Assembly: GCA_040285745.1 (NCBI GenBank)
Contig: JAUFOR010000002.1
Location: 744,001-808,000, forward strand
Source: Barthelona sp. PCE
Lineage: Eukaryota
Direction of reading: 5' to 3'
Length of the DNA: 64,000 nt
Shown: positions 1 through 11,074 of the stretch, piece after piece
How positions within the stretch are numbered: the stretch's first letter is position 1
Layout of the letters: each line of letters opens with the position of its first letter
Position numbers and translations under genes: made by a program
Notes under the pieces: model-generated
What the model saw: the letters and a program-made list of their open reading frames with translations, nothing else
The model's database searches: none
What the model was told of the DNA's origin: nothing

Positions 1-2
1 TT

Positions 3-3000
3 AATGATGAAGATGAGCAAAATTCTCCATTTATTGGTGAAGATCGAACCAGATCGATTAGAAGCCTTGATTTTATGTTGGAAAAACCCAAAGACGTCAC
101 CTCTATCGAAGAATTCATTCCAACAGAGCCGAAAGAAACAAGTGCAGTGGTCAGTTCTCTTGAGAGTGTTGGTTCTGAATTGTTTGAACTTCAAACTCTT
201 ATTGAGACATCAATCGACATCCCCAACGGAAATTCTTTTAATGCTTTGTTCAAGTGTCTTCTGGATGATACATATTCGTTTTTACACACAAAAGATATAG
301 AATTAGTCCCCGAAGTTTACCTTTCGTTTTTAATTTGTTCTTATCTAAATCTGCAGTTCTCCAACGACATTCAAATCCTCATTATTGGTGATACAGCAGA
401 TCAAATGGCAAAGATTGGTAGTTTGATCTCAAAGATCATGCCTGTTCAAGTCGACATGATTTTTGGGGATTTCCCACTCAAAAGCAATTGCCCTGTTGGG
501 TTGATGACAGCAAATGTGTATTTGAACTGGAGTCATTCATGTGATATGGTTGTGTGTTTCTGTAAGAACGTCTCTTCAAAAATTTTCAGCCTATTAATTG
601 AAGAGGAAGGAAGGCAGTTGAATCATGTAATTTTTGTTAACAACGATATTTTGGTTAAAAAACTGCTTGACGATCATAACGTGTCGTATATATTCTCTTC
701 TGCGTTCCCGTTCAGTCAAGACGATGTAGACGAGGCGGAACTGTGTAGAGATCTGCAGGCATCTCGTATATTCATCAACTATGATAACAATGGCCGAACC
801 AGCATCCCCCTGAGCAGCAGCCCGTTAATTGGAACGAGTACACCATACAACCAGTTTGAGTTGGAGAGAAAGAGCGATACTTTTGTTGTCCAGGACAATG
901 ATAATCAGGAGCAGGTGCACCATGCGCTGAATCTGAATAAGGTTGATGTTGTTTCTATGAATGATGCTGTTGGGCAGCCCAACAATGTTGGAAACGAGAA
1001 GAGAACAGAACTTCTCAAGACGCACAGCGACCTAGCGAGCGAGTTCTTATTCCAGTCGATGCGAGAATCCGCTCTACTGATCGATAGTTCTTCCTCTTCC
1101 TCTCCACCACTAAGTCAGGATGCTGTAACGTCGTTATCGACAACAACTTCTGAAGAATTCTTTTTAGAAACTAGCCTAAATGTTGCATTGAACGAGCCTT
1201 TCGAACCCAGCGGTTTGAAGTATTCTGAAACAGGTAGTGTGTCGTCAGAAGTCAGTCCTACAAATTCAATTGATGATGAAACGTTGGAAAGCTCAGATAA
1301 GGTTGGATTCATGGGTTATGATGTGATCGAGGCAACACCAAAGACGCTCGAGCTATTGGATGAGCTCTACAGCTATGAACAGGTGTTTTACAAGACTGCA
1401 AGCCTAGATCTGCTAAAGTTGACCACTTTCAAAGATAAAACTATTACCACTTTCCAGGAAAACGGATTGAAGGTATTTCGACAGTTTGTTGAGACACGTA
1501 GCAGCTGTATCTATCTATATCCATACCGCCACGACTTTTACATGTTCATGAAGTTGTTTAATTGCTTCACTAATGGTTTTGTTGTGAAAAAACCAGAGGA
1601 TTTATATCCTTTTGAGAGCGAATACGAGTCAATTGATCAAAAACCGGATGAACCTGCTGCTTTTGTTATCAATATCAATTCATTAATGAAGTATCTTATT
1701 TATTTGGAGGAATCTTTGTTAGAATACGTTGTACCTCAGTTTTTGAAGAAGAAGTCATCCATTGTTTTGCTCGTCGTCGACTCGTTGGATGATGACGTGT
1801 ACATGTTTATAAGGAAGTTCTTTTCACCAGATGTCTTGGATTCTTTCGAACAGAATGTTTTTATACACAATAATGAACCGGAAATCGATTATTTCGACTT
1901 TTATACCCTCAATAGCGAGGGGGCTGAGACAGCCACGTCAGTTTCCAGCATTTCTATGTCTCCTCAAGATACAGCAAATGAAGAAACACAGGTTGTCGCT
2001 GATGAAATACCCACCACCCTACCTGTTACGGTTTCATCATCCACATCTTTTGAGATAGCTGATATCGTTGTTGAAGAGGAAGAAACAAAATCACCATCAC
2101 CTCCGAAATCACCCAGACATTTTATCGACACAATCAAGAGGAGCACTAAACAACACACTGCATCGCCTTTGTTATCGACCAGTCCAATGCTGGAATCGAT
2201 CAAGAAGGAAGTGGAAGGAGCTGTTCTCTCCGACTATAAAGAAAACTCTGTTGAGTTGGCGCTTGATTCGTTGACGTACACTATTTTTGAAGAAGAAATT
2301 AGGAAACTTGTTGAAAAAGGACTGATTATACCTTCAAAAATGCTACTCATACAGCTTAAACTCAAATATGCTGTGATAGATGAAGCTTCTGATACCTTTG
2401 AATTGGACGATATGGGCAGTTTTGAGTTTGACGAGGATATTTTGAATCTACCCGTAATGTATGATAATTCCACACTTGTGTCAGCTCCAGAGACTTTTGT
2501 TATTCAACGTCTTGTTCTCGGATTCTTGTTTGGCGTTTGTGTTTTCTTCCCTGTTGGCGTTCCCGTCGTGAGTGTACCATCAAGCGATGATCTGCTGAAG
2601 ATAAGTAACCTTCCTGTCGGAGATGTATTCGACAACATTCGTGGTATCTTCAACCCACAGCTCGTCCCCATCATCGAGGATTATTTGACTCCTATTCCAA
2701 CCAACAACCCAATTGAAACGCTTATTTATTCTCAAACGTGGCCGTTATTCCTGGATTTATTCACCGTCATTTGTTCCCGTTTTATTGGCTCCTCATATCA
2801 GTATCCGTCTTCGGTCTCTGGAGATGTGAGTCGATACATGAGCAACGATAGCCGTGCTTCATTGGCTGAGCTTATTATGACGTATCTCTTTGACATTCTG
2901 ATCAACGGTAGGTCAAGTGATATCTATGAACGCTTTGTCTCACCAAAACATATTAAAAAGAGTGCAAAGGAGCTCATGGATAAGGTGGCAGATCGAATTT

Positions 3001-3065
3001 TTGAATCGATTTTTGAATCAGAAGTCAAAAAGGCTATACTGGTCATTGGGAGATCTACAGAATAG
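3..3065 (+). CDS. Large acidic, Ser-rich hypothetical protein; probably 5'-truncated by the window edge
   Basis: 996-aa ORF from ATG 75. The same frame is open back to position 3, so the true start may lie outside the window. No recognisable domain. Confidence 0.7.
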   Translation, partial: NDEDEQNSPFIGEDRTRSIRSLDFMLEKPKDVTSIEEFIPTEPKETSAVVSSLESVGSELFELQTLIETSIDIPNGNSFNALFKCLLDDTYSFLHTKDIELVPEVYLSFLICSYLNLQFSNDIQILIIGDTADQMAKIGSLISKIMPVQVDMIFGDFPLKSNCPVGLMTANVYLNWSHSCDMVVCFCKNVSSKIFSLLIEEEGRQLNHVIFVNNDILVKKLLDDHNVSYIFSSAFPFSQDDVDEAELCRDLQASRIFINYDNNGRTSIPLSSSPLIGTSTPYNQFELERKSDTFVVQDNDNQEQVHHALNLNKVDVVSMNDAVGQPNNVGNEKRTELLKTHSDLASEFLFQSMRESALLIDSSSSSSPPLSQDAVTSLSTTTSEEFFLETSLNVALNEPFEPSGLKYSETGSVSSEVSPTNSIDDETLESSDKVGFMGYDVIEATPKTLELLDELYSYEQVFYKTASLDLLKLTTFKDKTITTFQENGLKVFRQFVETRSSCIYLYPYRHDFYMFMKLFNCFTNGFVVKKPEDLYPFESEYESIDQKPDEPAAFVININSLMKYLIYLEESLLEYVVPQFLKKKSSIVLLVVDSLDDDVYMFIRKFFSPDVLDSFEQNVFIHNNEPEIDYFDFYTLNSEGAETATSVSSISMSPQDTANEETQVVADEIPTTLPVTVSSSTSFEIADIVVEEEETKSPSPPKSPRHFIDTIKRSTKQHTASPLLSTSPMLESIKKEVEGAVLSDYKENSVELALDSLTYTIFEEEIRKLVEKGLIIPSKMLLIQLKLKYAVIDEASDTFELDDMGSFEFDEDILNLPVMYDNSTLVSAPETFVIQRLVLGFLFGVCVFFPVGVPVVSVPSSDDLLKISNLPVGDVFDNIRGIFNPQLVPIIEDYLTPIPTNNPIETLIYSQTWPLFLDLFTVICSRFIGSSYQYPSSVSGDVSRYMSNDSRASLAELIMTYLFDILINGRSSDIYERFVSPKHIKKSAKELMDKVADRIFESIFESEVKKAILVIGRSTE

Positions 3066-5004
3066 AGTCATTCTCAATTAACTCATCAAGCATATCATGA
3101 ATGTCCTCACCGCCAACCTCACCCATGTCTAACTGCTGAGTTGTATACGTTGGCTCAACGTTGAGCTCATCATCACTTTCATCATCAGAATCAACAATTG
3201 TTCTGTTACTGTGTGTTAAAGAGAAGTAATTCTCAACATGACTGAATAATAGGTAGCCCAGCTTGTGACCAAAGAATTTAGCTGCCTCACTGCTGTAGAT
3301 GATTCCACTCATATAATCAAAAGAAGTAAAGTCATGACGAACGTTACTGGTAAATAGCGCTTCTTGTATAAGGACGCCCAGTTGTGAGTTTGTCGGTTGC
3401 TTGAAAAATCCATTGCTGACATCCACAACCGTGAAAAGGAATGCGTCCTTGGGGTCTTCAAGAGGTGTGAATACAAGCACAACTTTTCCTGTTGCTCTCA
3501 TCTCTCGGTAAATGCTCATGAGACGGATGCCCACATGTCTGGCGAAGAAATGTGTTCTTAGACGCTCGCTTTCCAACGTGGTGGGTAATGTAAGCGTAAT
3601 GAGCGTACTTGTTGGGTGGTAACTCTTGCTGCTCATGATATGAGAAACATGTCTGTTGAGAAATGTGAAGAATTGCTTGACGAGTTCAAAGTCTTCAGTC
3701 TTCACCTTCATCTGTTTCAATAAACGAAAGCATTCACTGAATTCCTGAACATTACTATGCACCAACAAGTTAAGAGCGAAATCGATGAAGTTGGAGTTCG
3801 TTCTGTCGCTCACGTTCAACTTCCACACAGGGAAATTGATGTCATCCTGCAAATCAAAACTTCTAAGCAAGTTGTTCGACAACCGCCCATTTCTAGAGTC
3901 AACGAAAGTCGTCTCTGGGTCGAAAACCTGTAATATTTGGTGCTTGAACGCCATTGTCGTACTCGTATATGTTCTCTTTGAGTTTTTCAGACCCAAGCCT
4001 GCTTGGCTGAGGAATCGCCTCAAGACAGGCATTCCTTCCTCAGAGTACAGGCGCAACTTTGTAAAGACAACCGGTGATGCATGCATCGCCTCCCACAGCG
4101 TCCAGGATTTGAGCATCGGGAGCAGAGGAACGATTTCTGATGACGTGGAGAAGTTGAACTGAGACTGGTCGCCAGTCAGGAAACGCTGTAGCGATAGAAC
4201 GGTGTCCTTGTCGATGCGTTCCTCGATTAGAAGCCCGTAAATACTGGTTAGCATCGCAAAAAACATTGAGATATTCACGAGACCTAGATTCACGCTTATC
4301 CGATATGCTATAACGCATGACGGTATGTGCAACCGCAGTGGCGTGTAGTAGTTGTTCTGGAATTCCAGTGAAAACCTGAGCCGATTGTGACTGAGCGGGT
4401 ATGATGGGTCCTCGTCCTCGAAACCTGCCGGTGGGAATATGTTCGCGCTGAGCTCGTGCACGGCCATCGGGGTGAGGGGAAACGCGTTCGTTGTGTCGAA
4501 TTCGTCCTCGTCCTCCGAATCTTCCCCACATTCTTGCAAAGATGCTTCGACAGAACTACTTTCTAGCTTCGTGCGGTTGTAATCAGCCTGTATTGAGCCT
4601 TGGAATGCAGCAGCAGCTGTGTTGAAACTGAAGAAGTCATCAAAGACAATGATGTGTGGCGTGAAGAGACTGACAAGGTTGATGGGGCGGCTGTTCTCAA
4701 ATACAAAAACTAATCGGGACGGATCCCTGAACACCTTGTTGAGGCGTTCTGACCCTCCTGTGTTCAACAAACAGAAATGTGAACAGAAGGTGAGTGTCGG
4801 AATCTTTGTCTGCAGTTCTTTGAACGATTGGACAAAAATTGTAGAGTATGGGACCTGGTGCGATTCAAGGAGTTGTGTGATAATCGAACATGTACAAATA
4901 CTATCTATACAATTGGAATACAGTACTCCCACATGATGTTTGTTTCCCGCTGCTTTCAAGAGAAGCTTGAGCGCATCTGCATATGAGCTCTCCCCAATTA
5001 GCAT
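3055..5004 (-). CDS. CDC45: DNA replication initiation factor Cdc45
   Basis: N-terminal 'VLYSNCIDSICTCSIITQLLESHQVPYSTIFVQSFKEL', 'CLLNTGG', 'FVFENSRPINL', an acidic insertion, and 'LPMLKSWTLWEAM' match Cdc45 family motifs. Confidence 0.85.
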   Translation of the reverse strand: MLIGESSYADALKLLLKAAGNKHHVGVLYSNCIDSICTCSIITQLLESHQVPYSTIFVQSFKELQTKIPTLTFCSHFCLLNTGGSERLNKVFRDPSRLVFVFENSRPINLVSLFTPHIIVFDDFFSFNTAAAAFQGSIQADYNRTKLESSSVEASLQECGEDSEDEDEFDTTNAFPLTPMAVHELSANIFPPAGFEDEDPSYPLSHNRLRFSLEFQNNYYTPLRLHIPSCVIAYRISVNLGLVNISMFFAMLTSIYGLLIEERIDKDTVLSLQRFLTGDQSQFNFSTSSEIVPLLPMLKSWTLWEAMHASPVVFTKLRLYSEEGMPVLRRFLSQAGLGLKNSKRTYTSTTMAFKHQILQVFDPETTFVDSRNGRLSNNLLRSFDLQDDINFPVWKLNVSDRTNSNFIDFALNLLVHSNVQEFSECFRLLKQMKVKTEDFELVKQFFTFLNRHVSHIMSSKSYHPTSTLITLTLPTTLESERLRTHFFARHVGIRLMSIYREMRATGKVVLVFTPLEDPKDAFLFTVVDVSNGFFKQPTNSQLGVLIQEALFTSNVRHDFTSFDYMSGIIYSSEAAKFFGHKLGYLLFSHVENYFSLTHSNRTIVDSDDESDDELNVEPTYTTQQLDMGEVGGEDIHDMLDELIENDSIL

Positions 5005-5057
5005 TAAAGAACTAGAGAACGGTATAAATTGCTTTCACACCTTCTCAAGTTGTTTCT

Positions 5058-7124
5058 ATGAATAACGGGGCAAATTTTGTTGCACAAGCGCCTATAAGGA
5101 AGCGTAGGATACATGAGCAACCTGAAAAATTCCACAAGGGCAACCAGTTACAGAGTCGTTCAGAACAATTGCTCCATGTTCGTCAAAAGTTGCCTATTTG
5201 GCAGTATAAGGATGAGCTCGTTAATGCAGTCAGGGAAAACCAGATCACATTGGTTGTTGGATCGACAGGTTGTGGAAAAACAACACAAATACCGCAGTTT
5301 TTACATGAAGCTGGTCTTACGAATTTGAAGATAACCTGCACACAACCACGCCGTTTCGCAGCGACGTTTGTTGCAGCTCGTGTTGCTGAAGAACATGGTA
5401 CAGACCTGGGAACCACAGTTGGATACAGCGTACGTTTTAAACAAGTTACCTCTCCATCGACGGAGGTTCTGTTCTGCACAGATGGTATGCTGATGCGTGA
5501 GGCAATGGGAGACCCCAATCTCGCGCGGCATGGTATTATTATTATAGATGAGGCACACGAGAGGTCAATAGCAACTGATATTCTGCTGGGGTTGCTCAAG
5601 CCCCTGCTTAAACAAAGATCTGATCTGCGCCTTGTTGTGATGAGTGCCACACTTGATGTGGAGACATTCAAAAATTATTTTCCAGCAGTACCGTACTTTG
5701 AGGTAGAGGGAACTATTCACCCTATCACCCTACGGTATACAGAAGAAGCAGTTAAATCGTACAAGACTGCAGCGGTCGAAAGGTGCATCAAGATACACGA
5801 AGAGGAACCTGCAGGAGATATTCTTGTCTTTCTTACTGGAGAGGCAGAGATCGAGGATGTGTGCCGCACTTTACGTAACGATTTGTGTGGTTCTGAGAAG
5901 CCTGTCGACGTGTATCCGTTATACTCGAGTCTCCCACTTCGTCAGCAGAAACGCGTCTACAACAAAAGACCAGTGGGTGTTAATGGTGTCCAGGGAAGGA
6001 AGATTGTTGTAGCGACCAATGTGGCCGAGACTTCAGTCACAATCGATGGTATTGTATACGTTGTAGACAGCGGGTTTGTGAAACAGAAGAGATTCAATCC
6101 GTCTAATAGAATTGATGTACTTGATATCGTTCCCATTTCACGGTCTTCAGCCAAACAGCGCGCTGGTCGTTGTGGTCGAACACAGGCAGGTGTTTGTTTT
6201 CGGTTGTATCCAGAGGCAGCATACGAGGAGTCTATGGGAGAAAGCACGTCACCTGAGATTGTGCGCTCTAACTTGGAGCTAATTTTGTTGACGCTGTTCA
6301 AGCTGAAGGTTTCAAATGTACTGACGTTTGATTATGTGACTCCACCTTCGAAGTCAGCGTTCAAAATCGCTCTGGAAACACTCTACCACCTCAAAGCACT
6401 TGCCCCCATTAATAGAGTTGTGTCTTTGACAGACTGGGGAGATCGCATGACAAGATTTCCCGTGGATCCTCTCTTTGCTAATTTCATTCTTGTTGCTGGT
6501 GCTGAGGACTGCGTCAACTCCGCCTGTGCCATTGTGGCGATGCTCAGCGTTCCCCCACCGCTTGTCACAAACGTTAACGATAGGGCGGACGCACAAGCAG
6601 CACATGAGCCATTCGTTGATGGTTTGGGCGATCATTTCACGTTATTGAACGTGTTTCGGGCGTATGCTCGGGTTTTCCGTCAGTCTTCGACGGAAGATGC
6701 AAAGAACTGGTGTCGTGATAATTTTATTTCGAGCAGGTCGATGCGTCAAGCAATATCAATTCACAAGCAACTTCTTGACATTTGCAACAGACTAGGGTTC
6801 GTGATACAGTTAGATAACAATAAGATGAGTGTGGCAAAGGCACTTTGCATGGGATTCTTCACAAAAATTGCAGTCAAGGAAGGGAATAGCTACCGTACGT
6901 TACGTACCAATAATCTCGTCGAACTGCACCCCAGCTCTTCATACCACAGCGAGGCGCAGTGGATAGTGTACGCTGAGCTGGTTAAAACTAAACGTCTCTT
7001 TGTCCGATGCTGTTCAGGTATTTCTCCTGAGTGGATACGAGAAGTTAAATCAACATTTTTCAATCTAAAGGCATGGCCTCAGGACGCATCCTATATGCAG
7101 GCGCTGAAAAGGTATAGAACTTGA
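5058..7124 (+). CDS. PRP43: DEAH-box RNA helicase, Prp43/DHX15-like
   Basis: GSTGCGKTTQ, TQPRR, DEAHER, MSAT, FLTGEAEIE, ATNVAETSVT and QRAGRCGR motifs; 'PEIVRSNL' and the short N-terminus fit Prp43. Confidence 0.85.
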   Translation: MNNGANFVAQAPIRKRRIHEQPEKFHKGNQLQSRSEQLLHVRQKLPIWQYKDELVNAVRENQITLVVGSTGCGKTTQIPQFLHEAGLTNLKITCTQPRRFAATFVAARVAEEHGTDLGTTVGYSVRFKQVTSPSTEVLFCTDGMLMREAMGDPNLARHGIIIIDEAHERSIATDILLGLLKPLLKQRSDLRLVVMSATLDVETFKNYFPAVPYFEVEGTIHPITLRYTEEAVKSYKTAAVERCIKIHEEEPAGDILVFLTGEAEIEDVCRTLRNDLCGSEKPVDVYPLYSSLPLRQQKRVYNKRPVGVNGVQGRKIVVATNVAETSVTIDGIVYVVDSGFVKQKRFNPSNRIDVLDIVPISRSSAKQRAGRCGRTQAGVCFRLYPEAAYEESMGESTSPEIVRSNLELILLTLFKLKVSNVLTFDYVTPPSKSAFKIALETLYHLKALAPINRVVSLTDWGDRMTRFPVDPLFANFILVAGAEDCVNSACAIVAMLSVPPPLVTNVNDRADAQAAHEPFVDGLGDHFTLLNVFRAYARVFRQSSTEDAKNWCRDNFISSRSMRQAISIHKQLLDICNRLGFVIQLDNNKMSVAKALCMGFFTKIAVKEGNSYRTLRTNNLVELHPSSSYHSEAQWIVYAELVKTKRLFVRCCSGISPEWIREVKSTFFNLKAWPQDASYMQALKRYRT

Positions 7125-7133
7125 TCAAAAGGA

Positions 7134-10100
7134 CTAAAAGTCACCCAGTATAACATCCATGATAGCCTCATTGTCCTGCCACTCCTGCCTCCTCTTCTTG
7201 CGTCTTGTGCTGCGCTGAGGCGGGTGTATGGGGCTCGGTGGAACATACTGCTCCTCATAATCATCTTCGCTTGAAAAAGTAAACGTGGGATCACTCTCAT
7301 TCTCTTCCTCTTTCTCAATATTATCGTATGGAAAGTCACTCAATGTGCCATGTTGAATTGACAGCGAGGGACTGATTGGGCGACTGCTAAACGAGGCAAG
7401 ATCTGGCAATCGCTGAGGTACATCTCTGACCACAGTAAGGTTTTCGTTCACGAGAGCTGTGTTGATCACATCCAGCAAGTGTGTGACAACCGACTGGGCT
7501 TCTTCGACGAACGAGTCACCCCTTCTACCGGTCCAATACTTGATCGCGTTGTACTGTATGATAACAATATCGAAATAGAGGTGGCGTAATGAGTTGTAGA
7601 ACTGTGACATCACTCTGCTCTCAATTAAGTCAAGATAAGATGGGTGAATGACGTTAATATCGTAGTTAGGTAACTGTGGCCGGTGATCGAACGTTGCAAC
7701 TGGTAAATTGGTCTCATTCAGCTCTGATATAATGATTGGTGTGAGTTCCGAGTTCCAGTTTGTGGAAGGTATCCTTTGGTACATGTCCCACGTAGACACA
7801 GGCATGCGCCACATGTGAGTTTCCCCCTTACTCATGTAAGTGAACTCAGCAATATGCGCGAGAAAACCACTGCTTGAATATATCAGCTCCATTGTGTCTT
7901 TGTTGAAGAAAGTACTGCTGTTGACTATTTCCTGGGTCAGCTCTCCGCCATACTTGTAACTACGAGACCTCACATTTGATGAGTCATGGCTATCACCCTT
8001 ACCATGGTTGAATGAAAAAATCTTTTTGTTCCTGTTGCGCAGTTCCTCGTCAGCCAGCATGGCCTTGAACGCATCGAGCTCTGCGAAGAAGGGGAAATTT
8101 GAGCCGCAATTAAAAGCGTCAACAGTGATGTGATAAGTGACCACTATTGTATCTCGGTGAAACAACTCCGAGGTACGGGTACGGCGAATACTATTGGGCA
8201 TCAGGGGATCGGTGTTTCCCACCGTAGTTCGTTTTTCCACAAATAAATGACCGATTCTGTCGAGCAATTCCTGCGAACAGTCCTCGTCCAGAATGCGAAG
8301 ATAAAAGACAGGGCTTGGGTACTCTCGCTCTCCAACGGTGACGGTCTTCATGTTGATATTGACAATACGACATGGAATATGGAACAATTCCAATTCGTTT
8401 GATTCTTCCTCGTTGATTGCAAGGGTTTGAACTGCGCTTGACATTGACAGCTCCACAGCTCCTGCCTCCTCGTACTTCTTCAGCACATATGCCTTATACA
8501 GCATAGGGAGAAAGGAAACTCTTGAATCAATGAAGGGATGAAAAATACTGGTATCGATCGCTTCCCATAACACATTGCTCTCGAAACATTTCTCAAACAT
8601 GACCGGAAGGACAACCCCGTGATCAATGAAAGTTTTCTCAGGTGGGCGTGGGAGTTCCTGTTGTTCAGAAGTATGAGAGAATGTATCAGCAATGGCATCA
8701 TCCATTAAAGCATCAAGAGCTTCAGTTCCGAGGTCGGTTAGCTGCTTGCGCTTGGGACGCGTCGATTTACGTCTCTTACGACGCCTGTGCACATCGTCGT
8801 CCATCATGAGCTCTTCCTCGATCAACAAATCGCCAAATTCATCAAACTCCAACTCGTCTACCTCTCTGTTCTCAAGGTAGTGTCGGGTCCTGTTAGCTCG
8901 AAGACGTTGCAGCATCTTCAGCTCATCTACCTCTTCTTCGTTCTCAGAATCGCTGTCTTCCTCCTCCGCCATCTCTTGGGCCTTGTGGAACGCCCTTGCA
9001 TTGTGAAGCGCAACGGAAAGGTCCATAGCAAAGATATTAAAGCCGGGTCTAACCTGTCCTTTCAACTGCGACATTGACATCTCGGTCATGATAGTTTCGC
9101 TCCCTAGTCGGTGAACACTCGGGTACTCTGGTGGTAACTGCTCAATGTCGTTGATTGTATCTTGAAAATTAAATGGAGCATCAGAGAATAGAAAGCACTG
9201 GAAAACATACGGTTCAGCAAAACTGTTCAGAATATCCAATCCCCATAAGCTATTCACGCCAGTGTTTTGCGATATAAGTCCCCTTTTATCATTACATATT
9301 GAAGTAAAACGTTCATGTAGCGCCCTTGTGTCTATACGATGTTTGCCTTTCATTAACGAACGCTGACGCTCAGTCATGTATAACATCATGGGGTTCGGGA
9401 ACTTGAACTGGAAATCCCCCACGCCAACAACATCGGTACGCTCTTCATTGAATGCGACGCCGAATGAAAAATCCTTGGGAATAGTATCTGTGTCTACAGC
9501 CAGATAGAGAGGTGATGTAAAACCACCGACGAAGCCGTTGAATGAAACAACGGACATGTACCCGCTCTGGTGTGTTATGCAGAATTTGAGGTGTTTATCG
9601 ATAAAAAATGTCTCAACAGGTTTAGATAATATCTCAAAGGAATACAGTACTTTAGCGGAAAGAAAATCAAACACACGACCACGAGAAAGGGAATCCAAAG
9701 CAATGAAATGATTATACTCCCTTCCATGCGATGAGGGAAAGATATTTATGAAGGCACAATCAAAGCCCAAATCTATTTGGTTGACAAGCTGGCCTGTTTC
9801 AATGTGATAGATCAATGCTATATTGGGGTGATGGCCCTTGACTCGTTTGCGGCCGTAGAACAGAACATACTGTGACTTACAGCCTATAAGATTCATAATT
9901 GTAAGATCAAGAGTTGTTGTTTTGATTTGGCACATTGTGAAAACACTTCCACCACTAATACCGAGTACTATTGCCTCTTTAGGACCGTACGCTATCAGGT
10001 AATCACCATTAGTTGAGAAGCGGATGTACTTTGGCATTGTATAAGTTGTTAGTTTTTTGAAACCGTACAGATTTGTTAGCTCATCTTTATAATGATTGAT

Positions 10101-10988
10101 GAGATGAATCTTCAGATAACAACCCCTCTTGTTAAGATCCCAGAACGCCACACTCCCATCTGCACCCAAAGTTGCGAGTATGCGTCCGTTTGGGTGAAAG
10201 TCATGGTCTGTCAAATCGTCGTTGATCGAAACTTCGCATTGGTGTGATAGGTGCGTGAATACAGCATTATACTGTTGTGTATCGGTATCAGGGACATCGT
10301 ATATGTACAGGATCCTCTCTGAGCATGTTGCTAAGAAGACGTTCTTCGATAATGGTCCATATATTAATCCGTAATGGTGCTTATTGTTTGTATTTGTGAA
10401 CTCGGCAACAAACTCTCCGTTAATTGTGTACAAGCGCCTCGCCAACACTGTACAGACAAACAGCTTTGAGCGGTCGCATGGATGGTAATCTATTGAGACC
10501 AAAGTTTTCTCTGGAAAATAAAGATTTGCAAGCAGTTCGCACGTATCTGTATCAAATATTCGTACTATACCTGTACTGATCTGGTACACAACAACGGTTG
10601 TATGGTTTGGATCATAGCACACCTCGTATGGTTGATCAATGCGAAAAAAATTGTATGTACGAATTGTTGGGGATGCAAACGGCATATTTAACATAATTTT
10701 CTGGGGATTTAATTCGCTAATACGGGCTTTTGGTTGCGCAGCAACTTGGAAAAGTGGCTGTTGAGCTGAAAAGAAACTTTTCACATGATCCCCGAATGCA
10801 CCGACATCCAATTGCAAGGATTGGTGCTTAATGAAGTCAAACGTCATGGGTTGCCCCTCTCTACCCACATTGACAAGCGGTAGCTTGTTTTGGTTGAAAA
10901 ACTGCCTGAATAACAGGAAGGCTTCACGCTCAAATCCGTTAGTGAGCAGGTGAAGCAGGATCAGAACTTCTGGATTATCACTCCACAT
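7134..10988 (-). CDS. WD40-repeat plus C-terminal bromodomain protein (BRWD/PHIP-like)
   Basis: WD repeat 'DFHPNGRILATLGADGSVAFWD', an acidic/basic linker, and bromodomain-like 'PNYDINVIHPSYLDLIESRV...FYNSLRHLYFDIVIIQYNAIKYW'. Confidence 0.7.
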   Translation of the reverse strand: MWSDNPEVLILLHLLTNGFEREAFLLFRQFFNQNKLPLVNVGREGQPMTFDFIKHQSLQLDVGAFGDHVKSFFSAQQPLFQVAAQPKARISELNPQKIMLNMPFASPTIRTYNFFRIDQPYEVCYDPNHTTVVVYQISTGIVRIFDTDTCELLANLYFPEKTLVSIDYHPCDRSKLFVCTVLARRLYTINGEFVAEFTNTNNKHHYGLIYGPLSKNVFLATCSERILYIYDVPDTDTQQYNAVFTHLSHQCEVSINDDLTDHDFHPNGRILATLGADGSVAFWDLNKRGCYLKIHLINHYKDELTNLYGFKKLTTYTMPKYIRFSTNGDYLIAYGPKEAIVLGISGGSVFTMCQIKTTTLDLTIMNLIGCKSQYVLFYGRKRVKGHHPNIALIYHIETGQLVNQIDLGFDCAFINIFPSSHGREYNHFIALDSLSRGRVFDFLSAKVLYSFEILSKPVETFFIDKHLKFCITHQSGYMSVVSFNGFVGGFTSPLYLAVDTDTIPKDFSFGVAFNEERTDVVGVGDFQFKFPNPMMLYMTERQRSLMKGKHRIDTRALHERFTSICNDKRGLISQNTGVNSLWGLDILNSFAEPYVFQCFLFSDAPFNFQDTINDIEQLPPEYPSVHRLGSETIMTEMSMSQLKGQVRPGFNIFAMDLSVALHNARAFHKAQEMAEEEDSDSENEEEVDELKMLQRLRANRTRHYLENREVDELEFDEFGDLLIEEELMMDDDVHRRRKRRKSTRPKRKQLTDLGTEALDALMDDAIADTFSHTSEQQELPRPPEKTFIDHGVVLPVMFEKCFESNVLWEAIDTSIFHPFIDSRVSFLPMLYKAYVLKKYEEAGAVELSMSSAVQTLAINEEESNELELFHIPCRIVNINMKTVTVGEREYPSPVFYLRILDEDCSQELLDRIGHLFVEKRTTVGNTDPLMPNSIRRTRTSELFHRDTIVVTYHITVDAFNCGSNFPFFAELDAFKAMLADEELRNRNKKIFSFNHGKGDSHDSSNVRSRSYKYGGELTQEIVNSSTFFNKDTMELIYSSSGFLAHIAEFTYMSKGETHMWRMPVSTWDMYQRIPSTNWNSELTPIIISELNETNLPVATFDHRPQLPNYDINVIHPSYLDLIESRVMSQFYNSLRHLYFDIVIIQYNAIKYWTGRRGDSFVEEAQSVVTHLLDVINTALVNENLTVVRDVPQRLPDLASFSSRPISPSLSIQHGTLSDFPYDNIEKEEENESDPTFTFSSEDDYEEQYVPPSPIHPPQRSTRRKKRRQEWQDNEAIMDVILGDF

Positions 10989-11074
10989 GCATCAAATAAT
11001 GAAGAGAATGGTGTATTATGTGAAAACAGCTAGTTTATAAAGAAACTCCCTTTTCACAGATTTTAATTGAACCA

